From positions 1-41,284 of the IMG/VR virus record IMGVR_UViG_3300031539_000107: 41,284 bases of DNA; one strand, written 5' to 3'. The stretch is from a virus. The translations under genes and the position numbers were made by a program. The notes under the pieces are model-generated. The model did not search any database. It worked only from the letters and a program-made list of their open reading frames with translations, and was not told the DNA's origin. Shown one piece after another: positions 39,497 to 41,284 of this stretch; the stretch's first letter is position 1; each line of letters opens with the position of its first letter.

Positions 39497-40958
39497 CCCC
39501 TTCCTGGAGTTCGTAGACAGGTACGGCCCCCCTGCTGGAGAGGAGGGGCCCGTCCTGTTTTGCAGGGAGGTCTTCGACATCGAGCCCGACGGCTGGCAGG
39601 AGAAGGTGCTGAGAGCGTACGGGCGGGGCGAGCCCCGCATCAGCATCCGGGCCTGCCACGGCCCGGGCAAGACCCTGATCGCTGCCGTCCTCGCCTGGCA
39701 CCAGCTGACCACTCGCTTCCCGCAGGCGACGGTTGCGACCGCGCCCTCCAAGAGCCAGCTCGAGGACGCCCTCTTCAAGGAGATGGAGTCGCTCGCCGCA
39801 CGCCTCCCGGATCCGATCCGGGCCCTGTACGAGATCAAGCGGAACCGGATCGAGCTCCTGGCCGCCCCACCTGACAGCTTCTTCAGTGCGCGTACGGCGC
39901 GCGAGGAGAAGCCTGAGGCCCTCCAGGGCGTCCACTGCGACGCGGGCTGGGTCCTCCTGATCGCGGACGAGGCGTCGGGCATCGCCGAGGCGATCTTCGA
40001 GGCCGCGTCCGGGTCGATGTCTGGGTCCAGGGTGACGACGCTCCTCCTTTCCAACCCCGTCCGCAGCTCCGGCTTCTTCTTCGACACGCACCACAAGCTG
40101 CGGGACATGTGGGTCACGTTCCACGTCAGCGCCAAGGACTCGACGCGGGTCACGGACGACTTCGTGATGGACATTGCCCGCCGCTACGGCGAGGACTCCA
40201 ACGCGTACCGGATCCGGGTCCTGGGCGAGTTCCCGAAGGCGGACCTGGACACTGTCATCCCTTACGAGGACGTCACCTCGGCCCGGGACCGGGACATCGT
40301 CATCCCCTGGGACCTGCCCCAGGTCTGGGGGCTCGACGTCGCCCGCTTTGGGGACGACGACAACTGCCTCCTCAAGCGCAACCGGCTCGGGGTCGACCCG
40401 GACATCAAGATCTGGCACGGTGTCGACCTGATGCTGACCGCGGGCAAGGTGAAGTCAGAATGGGACGCCGCGCCCCAGCATCTCCGCCCGACCGAGATCC
40501 TGGTCGACTCGATCGGACTCGGCGCGGGCGTGGCGGACAGGCTGCGCGAGCTGGGGCTCCCCGTTCGTGACATCAACGTCAGCGAGACCGCGTCCGCCAA
40601 GGAGCGATACAGGAACCTGCGGAGCGAGCTCTGGTTCGCGGGCCGGGAGTGGCTGGCGGCCAAGGACCGCAAGCTGCCCAAGTGCAAGGGCGGCTGCTCC
40701 CGTGACTGCCCGCACGAGCGGCTGGCGAGCGAGCTTACCATACCACGGTACAAGTCGATGTCGACCGGCAAGCTCGCGGTCGAGCCCAAGGACGAGATGA
40801 AGAAGAGGGGCTTCAAGAGCCCCAACGTCGCGGACGCCTTCATTCTGACGTTCGCGAGCGAGCCCTGGGGCCTGGTCAACGGCTCCGGCAAGACGACCCA
40901 GGAGTGGGGGCGTACCTCCTGGGGCGAGCCACTGAAGCGCGTCTACACTGCGGTCTGA
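39480..40958 (+). CDS. terL: Terminase large subunit
   Basis: Walker A ACHGPGKT and Walker B LLIADEASGI. The C-terminal nuclease-like half has VWGLDVARFGDD and SIGLGAGVADRL. Lies directly upstream of the portal gene. Confidence 0.9.
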   Translation: MTTTSNPFLEFVDRYGPPAGEEGPVLFCREVFDIEPDGWQEKVLRAYGRGEPRISIRACHGPGKTLIAAVLAWHQLTTRFPQATVATAPSKSQLEDALFKEMESLAARLPDPIRALYEIKRNRIELLAAPPDSFFSARTAREEKPEALQGVHCDAGWVLLIADEASGIAEAIFEAASGSMSGSRVTTLLLSNPVRSSGFFFDTHHKLRDMWVTFHVSAKDSTRVTDDFVMDIARRYGEDSNAYRIRVLGEFPKADLDTVIPYEDVTSARDRDIVIPWDLPQVWGLDVARFGDDDNCLLKRNRLGVDPDIKIWHGVDLMLTAGKVKSEWDAAPQHLRPTEILVDSIGLGAGVADRLRELGLPVRDINVSETASAKERYRNLRSELWFAGREWLAAKDRKLPKCKGGCSRDCPHERLASELTIPRYKSMSTGKLAVEPKDEMKKRGFKSPNVADAFILTFASEPWGLVNGSGKTTQEWGRTSWGEPLKRVYTAV

Positions 40959-40968
40959 GGAGCCTACG

Positions 40969-41284
40969 ATGGCGAAAGTGATGGAAGTCCAGCCCTACCG
41001 CGGTGAAGACCTGATGGGGGCGTCCACGCTCGAGTTTCCTCCGGACGAGGAGAACGTCGAGGACGAGGACGAGGTCGAGACCCAGACCCTGGTCACTCGG
41101 ATGATGGAAGAGGCGATCCAGCACTACGAGGAAAACCTCGAGCCCGACCAGGTCAAGGCGACCGACTACTACTGGGCCCGCCCGTTCGGGAACGAGGTCA
41201 AGGGTCGGTCGAAGGTGGTCACGACCGAGGTCAGAGACGTCACCCTCCGACAGCTTCCGACCCTGATGCGGGTCTTCTTCAGCC
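40969..41284 (+). CDS. Portal protein, 5' part (continues at base 128 on the circular map)
   Basis: ATG at 40969 lies 10 nt after the terL stop. The frame is open to the window end and in phase with ORF 58..2067 once 41158 is aligned to base 1. N-terminus is MAKVMEVQPYRGEDL..., acidic. Confidence 0.85.
   Translation, partial: MAKVMEVQPYRGEDLMGASTLEFPPDEENVEDEDEVETQTLVTRMMEEAIQHYEENLEPDQVKATDYYWARPFGNEVKGRSKVVTTEVRDVTLRQLPTLMRVFFS
41158..41284. repeat. Terminal overlap copy 2, identical to 1-127
   Basis: Same 127 bases as the window start. 41158 maps onto base 1. Confidence 0.95.

Noticed and set aside
1-41284. T7-like (Autographivirus-type) classification, suggested by gene order and the T7-lysozyme-type amidase.
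   Set aside because: No single-subunit RNA polymerase ORF of about 800-900 aa is present. The capsid is SU10/DUF5309-type and replication genes lie on the opposite strand, unlike T7.

Overview
The window is a complete, GC-rich tailed-phage genome with podovirus-like gene content, assembled as a circle. Bases 1-127 recur exactly at 41158-41284, giving a unique length of about 41,157 bp, and the portal ORF reads in frame across that junction.

There are two transcription blocks.
- A plus-strand late block runs from 34229, around the junction, to 17110. It carries terS, an amidase lysis cassette, a 540-bp non-coding island, a triple LamG-like protein, terL, portal, scaffold, an SU10/DUF5309-type capsid protein, a GT-A glycosyltransferase, tail proteins and ejection proteins.
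- A minus-strand early/replication block runs from 33694 to 17312. It carries about 14 tightly coupled small ORFans, a metallophosphoesterase, an HTH protein, a PD-(D/E)xK nuclease, an SNF2 helicase, an HD hydrolase, a DUF2800 nuclease, a DUF2815 SSB, a family-A DNA polymerase, a Mom-like GNAT protein, a prim-pol/SF3 primase-helicase, a Cys-rich peptide and a DUF5664/MazG-like NTP pyrophosphohydrolase.

The blocks diverge from a repeat-rich, AT-cored control region (33695-34228) and converge on a 17-bp-stem hairpin (17249-17288). I saw no phage RNA polymerase, integrase, tRNA, CRISPR array or PurZ.

The most interesting observations are:
- a Mom-like acyltransferase translationally coupled inside the replisome operon, with two nucleotide hydrolases nearby (possible DNA hypermodification);
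- an 8-mer (TGAGCGAT) array flanking an AT-rich core just upstream of terS;
- a low-GC mosaic triple-LamG gene behind its own promoter-like island and a C-rich leader;
- recoding-like anomalies in the last late gene (a frame switch at a G-run, and an in-frame TAG followed by 32 coding-like codons);
- a glycosyltransferase embedded among virion genes.

All functional calls are motif recognition by eye. No searches were run.
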